From: Eledone cirrhosa
Lineage: Eukaryota
Assembly: GCA_964016885.1 (NCBI GenBank)
Contig: OZ024743.1
Coordinates: 209,932,001-209,996,000, forward strand
DNA: 64,000 nt
Direction of reading: 5' to 3'
This document shows, in pieces, positions 1-13,700 of the stretch. The position numbers and the translations under genes were made by a program. The notes beneath the pieces are model-generated. The model did not search any database. It was not told where the DNA came from and saw nothing but the letters and a program-made list of their open reading frames with translations. Each line of letters opens with the position of its first letter. Position 1 is the first letter of the stretch.

Positions 1-1149
1 ATAGCCACAGATGAAAGCTCTTCACTCCATAAGATATACCACAGTTTACCATCCTATAGTCACACATGAAAGCTCTTCACTCCATAAGATATACCACAGT
101 TTACCATCCTATAGTCAAGCCACGGATGAAAGCTCTTCACTCCATAAGATATACCACAGTTTACAATCCTATAGTCACACATGAAAGCTCTTCACTCCAT
201 AACATATAACACAGTTTACCATCCTATAGCCAGATGAAAGCTCTTCACTCCATAAGATATACCACAGTTTACCATCCTATAGCCACAGATGAAAGCTCTT
301 CACTCCATAAGATATACCACAGTTTACCATCCTATAGCCACAGATGAAAGCTGTTCACTCCATAAGATATACCACAGTTTACCATCCTATAGCCACACAT
401 GAAAGCTCTTCACTCCATAAGATATACCACAGTTTACCATCCTATAGCCACAGATGAAAGCTCTTCACTCTATAAGATATACCACAGTTTACCATCCTAT
501 AGCCACAGATGAAAGCTGTTTACTCCATAAGATATACCACAGTTTACCATCCTATAGCCAGATGAAAGCTCTTCACTCCATAAGATATTCCACAATTTAC
601 CATCCTATAGCCACAGATGAAAGCTGTTCACTCCATAAGATATACCACAGGTTACCATCCTATAGCCACAGATGAAAGCTCTTCACTCCATAAGATATAC
701 CACAGTTTACCATCCTATAGCCATAGATGAAAGCTCTTCACCCCATGAGATATACCACAGTTTACCATCCTATAGCCACACATGAAAGCTCTTCACTCAA
801 TAAGATATACCACAGTTTACCATCCTAAAGCCACAGATGAAAGCTCTTCACTCCATAAGATATACCACAGTTTACCATCCTATAGCCACAGATGAAAGCT
901 CTTCACTCCATAAGATATACCACAGTTTACCATCCTATAGCCAGATGAAAGCTCTTCACTCCATAAGATATACGACAGTTTACCATCCTATAGCCACACA
1001 TGAAATCTCTTCACTCCATAAGATATACCACAGTTTACCATCCTATAGCCACACATGAAAGCTCTTCACTCCATAAGATATACCACAGTTTACCATCCTA
1101 TAGCCACAGATGAAAGCTCTTCACTCCATAAGATATACCACAGTTTACC

Positions 1150-4100
1150 ATCCTATAGCCACACATGAAAGCTCTTCACTCCATAAGATATACCACATTT
1201 TACCATTCTATAGCCACAGATGAAAGCTCTTCACTCCATAAGATATACCACAGTTTACCATCCTATAGCCACAGATGAAAGCTCTTCACTCCATAAGATA
1301 TACCACAGTTTACCATCCTATAGCCACAGATGAAAGCTCTTCACTCCATAAGATATACCACAGTTTACCATCCTATAGCCAGATGAAAGCTCTTCACTCC
1401 ATAAGATATACGACAGTTTACCATCCTATAGCCACACATGAAATCTCTTCACTCCATAAGATATACCACAGTTTACCATCCTATAGCCACACATGAAAGC
1501 TCTTCACTCCATAAGATATACCTCAGTTTACCATCCTATAGACACAGATGAAAGCTCTTCACTCCATAAGATATACCACAGTTTACCATCCTATAGCCAC
1601 AGATGAAAGCTGTTCACTCCATAAGATATACGACAGTTTACCATCCTATAGCCAGATGAAAGCTCTTCACTCCATAAGATATACCACAGATTACCACCCT
1701 ATAGCCACAGTTGAAAGCTCTTCACTCTATGAGATATACCACAGTTTACCATCCTATAGCCACGCCACGGATGAAAGCTCTTCACTCCATAAGATATACC
1801 ACAGTTTACAATCCTATAGCCACAGATGAAAGCTCTTCACTCCATAAGATATACCACAGTTTACCATCCTATAGCCACAGATGAAAGCTCTTCACTCCAT
1901 AAGATATACCACAGTTTACCATCCTATAGCCACAGATGAAAGCTCTTCACTCCATAAGATATACCACAGTTTACAATCCTATAGCCAAAGATGAAAGCTC
2001 TTCACTCCATAAGATATACCACAGTTTACCATCCTATGGCCACAGATGAAAGCTCTTCACTCCATAAGATATACCACAGTTTACCATCCTATAGCCACAG
2101 ATGAAAGCTCTTCACTCCATAAGATATACCACAGTTTACCATCCTATAGCCACACATGAAAGCTCTTCACTCCATAAGATATACCACAGTTTACCATACT
2201 ATAGTCAAGCCACGGATGAAAGCTCTTCACTCCATAAGATATACCACAGTTTACCATCCTATAGTCACACATGAAAGCTCTTCACTCCATAACATATAAC
2301 ACAGTTTACCATCCTATAGCCAGATGAAAGCTCTTCACTCCATAAGATATACCACAGTTTACCATCCTATAGCCACAGATGAAAGCTCTTCACTCCATAA
2401 GATATACCACAGTTTACCATCCTATAGCCACAGATGAAAGCTGTTCACTCCATAAGATATACCACAATTTACCATCCTATAGCCACACATGAAAGCTCTT
2501 CACTCCATAAGATATACCACAGTTTACCATCCTATATCCACACATGAAAGCTCTTCACTCCATAAGATATACCACAGTTTACAATCCTATAGCCACAGAT
2601 GAAAGCTCTTCACTCCATAAGATATACCACAGTTTACCATCCTATGGCCACAGATGAAAGCTCTTCACTCCATAAGATATACCACAGTTTACCATCCTAT
2701 AGCCACAGATGAAAGCTCTTCACTCCATAAGATATACAGCAGTTTACGATCCTATAGCCACACATGAAAGCTCTTCACTCCATAAGATATACCACAGTTT
2801 ACCATCCTATAGTCAAGCCACGGACGAAAGCTCTTCACTCCATAAGATATACCACAGATTACCATCCTATAGTCACACATGAAAGCTCTTCACTCCATAA
2901 GATATAACACAGTTTACCATCCTATAGCCAGATGAAAGCTCTTCACTCCATAAGATATACCACAGTTTACCATCCTATAGCCACAGATGAAAGCTCTTCA
3001 CTCCATAAGATATACCACAGTTTACCATCCTATAGCCACAGATGAAAGCTCTTCACTCTATAAGATATACCACAGTTTACCATCCTATAGCCACAGATGA
3101 AAGCTGTTTACTCCATAAGATATACCACAGTTTACCATCCTATAGCCAGATGAAAGCTCTTCACTCCATAAGATATTCCACAATTTACCATCCTATAGCC
3201 ACAGATGAAAGCTGTTCACTCCATAAGATATACCACAGTTTACCATCCTATAGCCACAGATGAAAGCTCTTCACTCCATAAGATATACCACAGTTTACCA
3301 TCCTATAGCCACAGATGAAAGCTCTTCACCCCATTAGATATACCACAGTTTACCATCCTATAGCCACACATGAAAGCTCTTCACTCCATAAGATATACCT
3401 CAGTTTACCATCCTATAGACACAGATGAAAGCTCTTCACTCCATAAGATATACCACAGTTTAATATCCTATAGCCACACATGAGAGCTCTTCACTCCATA
3501 AGATTAACCACAGTTTACCATCCTATGGCCACACATGAAAGCTCTTCACCCCATAAGATATACCACAGTTTACCATCCTATAGCCAGATGAAAGCTCTTC
3601 ACTCCGTAAAATATACCACAGTTTACCATCCTATAGCCACACATGAAAGCTCTTCACTCCATAAGATATACCACAGTTTACCATCCTATAGCCAGAGATG
3701 AAAGCTGTTCACTCCATAAGATATACCACAGTTTACCATCCTATAGCCACAGATGAAAGCTGTTCACTCCATAAGATATACGACAGTTTACCATCCTATA
3801 GCCAGATGAAAGCTCTTCACTCCATAAGATATACCACAGATTACCACCCTATAGCCACAGATGAAAGCTCTTCACTCTATGAGATATACCACAGTTTACC
3901 ATCCTATAGCCACGCCACGGATGAAAGCTCTTCACTCCATAAGATATACAACAGTTTACAATCCTATAGCCACAGATGAAAGCTCTTCACTCCATAAGAT
4001 ATACCACAGTTTACCATCCTATAGCCACAGATGAAAGCTCTTCACTCCATAAGATATACCACAGTTTACCATCCTATAGCCACAGATGAAAGCTCTTCAC

Positions 4101-7100
4101 TCCATAAGATATACCACAGTTTACAATCCTATAGCCACAGATGAAAGCTCTTCACTCCATAAGATATACCACAGTTTACCATCCTATGGCCACAGATGAA
4201 AGCTCTTCACTCCATAAGATATACCACAGTTTACCATCCTATAGCCACAGATGAAAGCTCTTCACTCCATAAGATATACCACAGTTTACCATCCTATAGT
4301 CACACATGAAAGCTCTTCACTCCATAAGATATACCACAGTTTACCATCCTATAGTCAAGCCACGGATGAAAGCTCTTCACTCCATAAGATATACCACAGT
4401 TTACAATCCTATAGTCACACATGAAAGCTCTTCACTCCATAACATATAACACAGTTTACCATCCTATAGCCAGATGAAAGCTCATCACTCCATAAGATAT
4501 ACCACAGTTTACCATCCTATAGCCACAGATGAAAGCTCTTCACTCCATAAGATATACCACAGTTTACCATCCTATAGCCACAGATGAAAGCTGTTCACTC
4601 CATAAGATATACCACAGTTTACCATCCTATAGCCACACATGAAAGCTCTTCACTCCATAAGATATACCACAGTTTACCATCCTATAGCCACAGATGAAAG
4701 CTCTTCACTCTATAAGATATACCACAGTTTACCATCCTATAGCCACAGATGAAAGCTGTTTACTCCATAAGATATACCACAGTTTACCATCCTATAGCCA
4801 GATGAAAGCTCTTCACTCCATAAGATATTCCACAATTTACCATCCTATAGCCACAGATGAAAGCTGTTCACTCCATAAGATATACCACAGTTTACCATCC
4901 TATAGCCACAGATGAAAGCTCTTCACTCCATAAGATATACCACAGTTTACCATCCTATAGCCACAGATGAAAGCTCTTCACCCCATAAGATATACCACAG
5001 TTTACCATCCTATAGCCATAGATGAAAGCTCTTCACCCCATGAGATATACCACAGTTTACCATCCTATAGCCACACATGAAAGCTCTTCACTCAATAAGA
5101 TATACCACAGTTTACCATCCTAAAGCCACAGATGAAAGCTCTTCACTCCATAAGATATACCACAGTTTACCATCCTATAGCCACAGATGAAAGCTCTTCA
5201 CTCCATAAGATATACCACAGTTTACCATCCTATAGCCAGATGAAAGCTCTTCACTCCATAAGATATACGACAGTTTACCATCCTATAGCCACACATGAAA
5301 TCTCTTCACTCCATAAGATATACCACAGTTTACCATCCTATAGCCACACATGAAAGCTCTTCACTCCATAAGATATACCTCAGTTTACCATCCTATAGAC
5401 ACAGATGAAAGCTCTTCACTCCATAAGATATACCACAGTTTAATATCCTATAGCCACACATGAGAGCTCTTCACTCCATAAGATTAACCACAGTTTACCA
5501 TCCTATGGCCACACATGAAAGCTCTTCACCCCATAAGATATACCACAGTTTACCATCCTATAGCCAGATGAAAGCTCTTCACTCCGTAAAATATACCACA
5601 GTTTACCATCCTATAGCCACACATGAAAGCTCTTCACTCCATAAGATATACCACAGTTTACCATCCTATAGCCAGAGATGAAAGCTGTTCACTCCATAAG
5701 ATATACCACAGTTTACCATCCTATAGCCACAGATGAAAGCTGTTCACTCCATAAGATATACGACAGTTTACCATCCTATAGCCAGATGAAAGCTCTTCAC
5801 TCCATAAGATATACCACAGATTACCACCCTATAGCCACAGATGAAAGCTCTTCACTCTATGAGATATACCACAGTTTACCATCCTATAGCCACGCCACGG
5901 ATGAAAGCTCTTCACTCCATAAGATATACCACAGTTTACAATCCTATAGCCACAGATGAAAGCTCTTCACTCCATAAGATATACCACAGTTTACCATCCT
6001 ATAGCCACAGATGAAAGCTCTTCACTCCATAAGATATACCACAGTTTACCATCCTATAGCCACAGATGAAAGCTCTTCACTCCATAAGATATACCACAGT
6101 TTACAATCCTATAGCCAAAGATGAAAGCTCTTCACTCCATAAGATATACCACAGTTTACCATCCTATGGCCACAGATGAAAGCTCTTCACTCCATAAGAT
6201 ATACCACAGTTTACCATCCTATAGCCACAGATGAAAGCTCTTCACTCCATAAGATATACCACAGTTTACCATCCTATAGCCACACATGAAAGCTCTTCAC
6301 TCCATAAGATATACCACAGTTTACCATACTATAGTCAAGCCACGGATGAAAGCTCTTCACTCCATAAGATATACCACAGTTTACCATCCTATAGTCACAC
6401 ATGAAAGCTCTTCACTCCATAACATATAACACAGTTTACCATCCTATAGCCAGATGAAAGCTCTTCACTCCATAAGATATACCACAGTTTACCATCCTAT
6501 AGCCACAGATGAAAGCTCTTCACTCCATAAGATATACCACAGTTTACCATCCTATAGCCACAGATGAAAGCTGTTCACTCCATAAGATATACCACAGTTT
6601 ACCATCCTATAGCCACACATGAAAGCTCTTCACTCCATATGATATACCACAGTTTACCATCCTATATCCACACATGAAAGCTCTTCACTCCATAAGATAT
6701 ACCACAGTTTACCATCCTATAGCCAGATGAAAGCTCTTCACTCCATAAGATATACCCCAGTTAACCATCCTATAGCCACAAATGAAAGCTCTTCACTCCA
6801 AAAGATATACCACAGTTTACCATCCTATAGCCACAGATGAAAGTTGTTCACTCCATAAGATATACCACAGTTTACCATCCTATAGCCACAGATGAAAGCT
6901 GTTCACTCCATAAAATATACGACAGTTTACCATCCTATAGCCACAGATGAAAGCTGTTCACTCCATAAGATATACGACAGTTTACCATCCTATAGCCAGA
7001 TGAAAGCTCTTCACTCCATAAGATATACCACAGTTTACCATCCTATAGCCACAGATGAAAGCTGTCCACTCCATAAGATATACCACAGTTTACCATCCTA

Positions 7101-9846
7101 TAGCCACGCCAACGGAAGAAAGCTCTTCACTCCATAAGATATACCACAGTTTACCATCCTAAAGCCACAGATGAAAGCTCTTCACTCCATAAGATATACC
7201 ACAGTTTACCATCCTATAGCCAGATGAAAGCTCTTCACTCCATGAGATATACCTCAGTTTACCATCCTATAGCCACAGATGAAAGCTCTTCACTCCATAA
7301 GATATACCACAGTTTACTATCCTATAGCCACACATGAGAGCTCTTCACTCCATAAGATATACCACAGTTTACCATCCTATAGCCACACATGAAAGCTCTT
7401 CACCCCATAAGATATACCACAGTTTAACATCCTATAGCCAGATGAAAGCTCTTCACTCCGTAAAATATACCACAGTTTACCATCCTATAGCCACACATGA
7501 AAGCTCTTCACTCCATAAGATATACCACAGTTTACCATCCTATAGCCAGAGATGAAAGCTGTTCACTCCATAAGATATACGACAGTTTACCATCCTATAG
7601 CCACAGATGAAAGCTCTTCACTCCATAAGATATACGACAGTTTACCATCCTATAGCCAAATGAAAGCTCTTCACTCCATAAGATATACCACAGATTACCA
7701 CCCTATAGCCACAGATGAAAGCTCTTCACTCCATGAGATATACCACAGTTTACCATCCTATAGCCACGCCACGGATGAAAGCTCTTCACTCCATAAGATA
7801 TACCACAGTTTACAATCCTATAGCCACAGATGAAAGCTCTTCACTCCATAAGATATACCACAGTTTACCATCCTATAGCCACAGATGAAAGCTCTTCACT
7901 CCATAAGATATACCACAGTTTACCATCCTATAGCCACAGATGAAAGCTGTTTACTCCATAAGATATACCACAGTTTACCATCCTATAGCCAGATGAAAGC
8001 TCTTCACTCCATAAGATATACCACAATTTACCATCCTATAGCCACAGATGAAAGCTGTTCACTCCATAAGATATACCACAATTTACCATCCTATAGCCAG
8101 ATGAAAGCTCTTCACTCCATAAGATATACCACAGTTTACCATCCTAAAGCCACAGATGAAAGCTCTTCACTCCATAAGATATACCACAGTTTACCATCCT
8201 ATAGCCACAGATGAAAGCTCTTCACTCCATGAGATATACCACAGTTTACCATGCTATAGCCACAGATGAAAGCTCTTCACTCCATAAGATATACCACAGT
8301 TTACCATCCTATAGCCACAGATGAAAGCTCTTCACCCCATAAGATATACCACAGTTTACCATCCTATAGCCACAGATGAAAGCTCTTCACCCCATAAGAT
8401 ATACCACAGTTTACCATCCTATAGCCACACATGAAAGCTCTTCACTCCATAAGATATACCACATTTTACCATTCTATAGCCACAGATGAAAGCTCTTCAC
8501 TCCATAAGATATACCACAGTTTACCATCCTATAGCCACAGATGAAAGCTCTTCACTCCATAAGATATACCACAGTTTACCATCCTATAGCCACAGATGAA
8601 AGCTCTTCACTCCATAAGATATACCACAGTTTACCATCCTATAGCCAGATGAAAGCTCTTCACTCCATAAGATATACGACAGTTTACCATCCTATAGCCA
8701 CACATGAAATCTCTTCACTCCATAAGATATACCACAGTTTACCATCCTATAGCCACACATGAAAGCTCTTCACTCCATAAGATATACCTCAGTTTACCAT
8801 CCTATAGACACAGATGAAAGCTCTTCACTCCATAAGATATACCACAGTTTACCATCCTATAGCCACAGATGAAAGCTGTTCACTCCATAAGATATACGAC
8901 AGTTTACCATCCTATAGCCAGATGAAAGCTCTTCACTCCATAAGATATACCACAGATTAGCACCCTATAGCCACAGATGAAAGCTCTTCACTCTATGAGA
9001 TATACCACAGTTTACCATCCTATAGCCACGCCACGGATGAAAGCTCTTCACTCCATAAGATATACCACAGTTTACAATCCTATAGCCACAGATGAAAGCT
9101 CTTCACTCCATAAGATATACCACAGTTTACCATCCTATAGCCACAGATGAAAGCTCTTCACTCCATAAGATATACCACAGTTTACCATCCTATAGCCACA
9201 GATGAAAGCTCTTCACTCCATAAGATATACCACAGTTTACAATCCTATAGCCAAAGATGAAAGCTCTTCACTCCATAAGATATACCACAGTTTACCATCC
9301 TATGGCCACAGATGAAAGCTCTTCACTCCATAAGATATACCACAGTTTACCATCCTATAGCCACAGATGAAAGCTCTTCACTCCATAAGATATACCACAG
9401 TTTACCATCCTATAGCCACACATGAAAGCTCTTCACTCCATAAGATATACCACAGTTTACCATACTATAGTCAAGCCACGGATGAAAGCTCTTCACTCCA
9501 TAAGATATACCACAGTTTACCATCCTATAGTCACACATGAAAGCTCTTCACTCCATAACATATAACACAGTTTACCATCCTATAGCCAGATGAAAGCTCT
9601 TCACTCCATAAGATATACCACAGTTTACCATCCTATAGCCACAGATGAAAGCTCTTCACTCCATAAGATATACCACAGTTTACCATCCTATAGCCACAGA
9701 TGAAAGCTGTTCACTCCATAAGATATACCACAGTTTACCATCCTATAGCCACACATGAAAGCTCTTCACTCCATAAGATATACCACAGTTTACCATCCTA
9801 TATCCACACATGAAAGCTCTTCACTCCATAAGATATACCACAGTTT
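1150..9846 (+). repeat. Dispersed near-identical multi-monomer blocks in the first 10 kb
   Basis: About 1150-2580 matches 8416-9846 at offset 7266 (ACATTTTACCATTC near 1195/8461, GCCAAAG 1984/9250, CCTATATCC 2531/9797). Other matches: 1-720 with 4241-4960 (offset 4240), about 1600-2540 with 5730-6670 (offset 4130), about 3340-4100 with 5320-6080 (offset 1980). Confidence 0.8.
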
Positions 9847-12800
9847 ACCATCCTATAGCCAGATGAAAGCTCTTCACTCCATAAGATATACTCCAGTTAA
9901 CCATCCTATAGCCACAAATGAAAGCTCTTCACTCCAAAAGATATACCACAGTTTACCATCCTATAGCCACAGATGAAAGCTGTTCACTCCATAAGATATA
10001 CCACAGTTTACCATCCTATAGCCACAGATGAAAGCTGTTCACTCCATAAAATATACGACAGTTTACCATCCTATAGCCACAGATGAAAGCTGTTCACTCC
10101 ATAAGATATACGACAGTTTACCATCCTATAGCCAGATGAAAGCTCTTCACTCCATAAGATATACCACAGTTTACCATCCTATAGCCACAGATGAAAGCTG
10201 TCCACTCCATAAGATATACCACAGTTTACCATCCTATAGCCAGATGAAAGCTCTTCACTCCATAAGATATACCACAGTTTACCATCCTAAAGCCACAGAT
10301 GAAAGCTCTTCACTCCATAAGATATACGACAGTTTACCATCCTATAGCCAGATGAAAGCTCTTCACTCCATAAGATATACCACAGTTTACCATCCTATAG
10401 CCACAGATGAAAGCTCTTCACTCCATGAGATATACCTCAGTTTACCATCCTATAGCCACAGATGAAAGCTCTTCACTCCATAAGATATACCACAGTTTAC
10501 TATCCTATAGCCACACATGAGAGCTCTTCACTCCATAAGATATACCACAGTTTACCATCCTATAGCCACACATGAAAGCTCTTCACCCCATAAGATATAC
10601 CACAGTTTAACATCCTATAGCCAGATGAAAGCTCTTCACTCCGTAAAATATACCACAGTTTACCATCCTATAGCCACACATGAAAGCTCTTCACTCCATA
10701 AGATATACCACAGTTTACCATCCTATAGCCAGAGATGAAAGCTGTTCACTCCATAAGATATACGACAGTTTACCATCCTATAGCCACAGATGAAAGCTCT
10801 TCACTCCATAAGATATACGACAGTTTACCATCCTATAGCCAAATGAAAGCTCTTCACTCCATAAGATATACCACAGATTACCACCCTATAGTCAAGCCAC
10901 GGATGAAAGCTCTCCACTCCATAAGATATACCACAGTTTACCATCCTATAGTCACACATGAAAGCTCTTCACTCCATAAGATATAACACAGTTTACCATC
11001 CTATAGCCAGATGAAAGCTCTTCACTCCATAAGATATACCACAGTTTACCATCCTATAGCCACAGATGAAAGCTCTTCACTCCATAAGATATACCACAGT
11101 TTACCATCCTATAGCCACAGATGAAAGCTCTTCACTCTATAAGATATACCACAGTTTACCATCCTATAACCACAGATGAAAGCTGTTTACTCCATAAGAT
11201 ATACCACAGTTTACCATCCTATAGCCAGATGAAAGCTCTTCACTCCATAAGATATACCTCAGTTTACCATCCTATAGACACAGATGAAAGCTCTTCACTC
11301 CATAAGATATACCACAGTTTACCATCCTATAGCCACAGATGAAAGCTGTTCACTCCATAAGATATACGACAGTTTACCATCCTATAGCCAGATGAAAGCT
11401 CTTCACTCCATAAGATATACCACAGATTAGCACCCTATAGCCACAGATGAAAGCTCTTCACTCTATGAGATATACCACAGTTTACCATCCTATAGCCACG
11501 CCACGGATGAAAGCTCTTCACTCCATAAGATATACCACAGTTTACAATCCTATAGCCACAGATGAAAGCTCTTCACTCCATAAGATATACCACAGTTTAC
11601 CATCCTATAGCCACAGATGAAAGCTCTTCACTCCATAAGATATACCACAGTTTACCATCCTATAGCCACAGATGAAAGCTCTTCACTCCATAAGATATAC
11701 CACAGTTTACAATCCTATAGCCAAAGATGAAAGCTCTTCACTCCATAAGATATACCACAGTTTACCATCCTATGGCCACAGATGAAAGCTCTTCACTCCA
11801 TAAGATATACCACAGTTTACCATCCTATAGCCACAGATGAAAGCTCTTCACTCCATAAGATATACCACAGTTTACCATCCTATAGCCACACATGAAAGCT
11901 CTTCACTCCATAAGATATACCACAGTTTACCATACTATAGTCAAGCCACGGATGAAAGCTCTTCACTCCATAAGATATACCACAGTTTACCATCCTATAG
12001 TCACACATGAAAGCTCTTCACTCCATAACATATAACACAGTTTACCATCCTATAGCCAGATGAAAGCTCTTCACTCCATAAGATATACCACAGTTTACCA
12101 TCCTATAGCCACAGATGAAAGCTCTTCACTCCATAAGATATACCACAGTTTACCATCCTATAGCCACAGATGAAAGCTGTTCACTCCATAAGATATACCA
12201 CAGTTTACCATCCTATAGCCACACATGAAAGCTCTTCACTCCATAAGATATACCACAGTTTACCATCCTATATCCACACATGAAAGCTCTTCACTCCATA
12301 AGATATACCACAGTTTACCATCCTATAGCCAGATGAAAGCTCTTCACTCCATAAGATATACTCCAGTTAACCATCCTATAGCCACAAATGAAAGCTCTTC
12401 ACTCCAAAAGATATACCACAGTTTACCATCCTATAGCCACAGATGAAAGCTGTTCACTCCATAAGATATACCACAGTTTACCATCCTATAGCCACAGATG
12501 AAAGCTGTTCACTCCATAAAATATACGACAGTTTACCATCCTATAGCCACAGATGAAAGCTGTTCACTCCATAAGATATACGACAGTTTACCATCCTATA
12601 GCCAGATGAAAGCTCTTCACTCCATAAGATATACCACAGTTTACCATCCTATAGCCACAGATGAAAGCTGTCCACTCCATAAGATATACCACAGTTTACC
12701 ATCCTATAGCCAGATGAAAGCTCTTCACTCCATAAGATATACCACAGTTTACCATCCTAAAGCCACAGATGAAAGCTCTTCACTCCATAAGATATACGAC

Positions 12801-13700
12801 AGTTTACCATCCTATAGCCAGATGAAAGCTCTTCACTCCATAAGATATACCACAGTTTACCATCCTATAGCCACAGATGAAAGCTCTTCACTCCATGAGA
12901 TATACCTCAGTTTACCATCCTATAGCCACAGATGAAAGCTCTTCACTCCATAAGATATACCACAGTTTACTATCCTATAGCCACACATGAGAGCTCTTCA
13001 CTCCATAAGATATACCACAGTTTACCATCCTATAGCCACACATGAAAGCTCTTCACCCCATAAGATATACCACAGTTTAACATCCTATAGCCAGATGAAA
13101 GCTCTTCACTCCGTAAAATATACCACAGTTTACCATCCTATAGCCACACATGAAAGCTCTTCACTCCATAAGATATACCACAGTTTACCATCCTATAGCC
13201 AGAGATGAAAGCTGTTCACTCCATAAGATATACGACAGTTTACCATCCTATAGCCACAGATGAAAGCTCTTCACTCCATAAGATATACGACAGTTTACCA
13301 TCCTATAGCCAAATGAAAGCTCTTCACTCCATAAGATATACCACAGATTACCACCCTATAGTCAAGCCACGGATGAAAGCTCTCCACTCCATAAGATATA
13401 CCACAGTTTACCATCCTATAGTCACACATGAAAGCTCTTCACTCCATAAGATATAACACAGTTTACCATCCTATAGCCAGATGAAAGCTCTTCACTCCAT
13501 AAGATATACCACAGTTTACCATCCTATAGCCACAGATGAAAGCTCTTCACTCCATAAGATATACCACAGTTTACCATCCTATAGCCACAGATGAAAGCTC
13601 TTCACTCTATAAGATATACCACAGTTTACCATCCTATAACCACAGATGAAAGCTGTTTACTCCATAAGATATACCACAGTTTACCATCCTATAGCCAGAT
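8761..13700 (+). repeat. Tandem duplication of a 2470-bp higher-order block (8761-11230 and 11231-13700)
   Basis: Identical ORF translations at offset 2470 (9755/12225, 10028/12498, 10517/12987, 10735/13205). Private variants CAGATTAGCACCC (8953/11423) and CTCCAGTTAA (9891/12361) occur in both copies. Confidence 0.92.

Noticed and set aside
8-24. Satellite-encoded hammerhead ribozyme (CAGAUGA and GAAA resemble the CUGANGA and GAAA core)
   Set aside because: The conserved CUGA is CAGA or CACA here, GAAA overlaps the same bases rather than following stem II, and no three-stem junction is evident. The minus strand has GUGAAGA but no GAAA.
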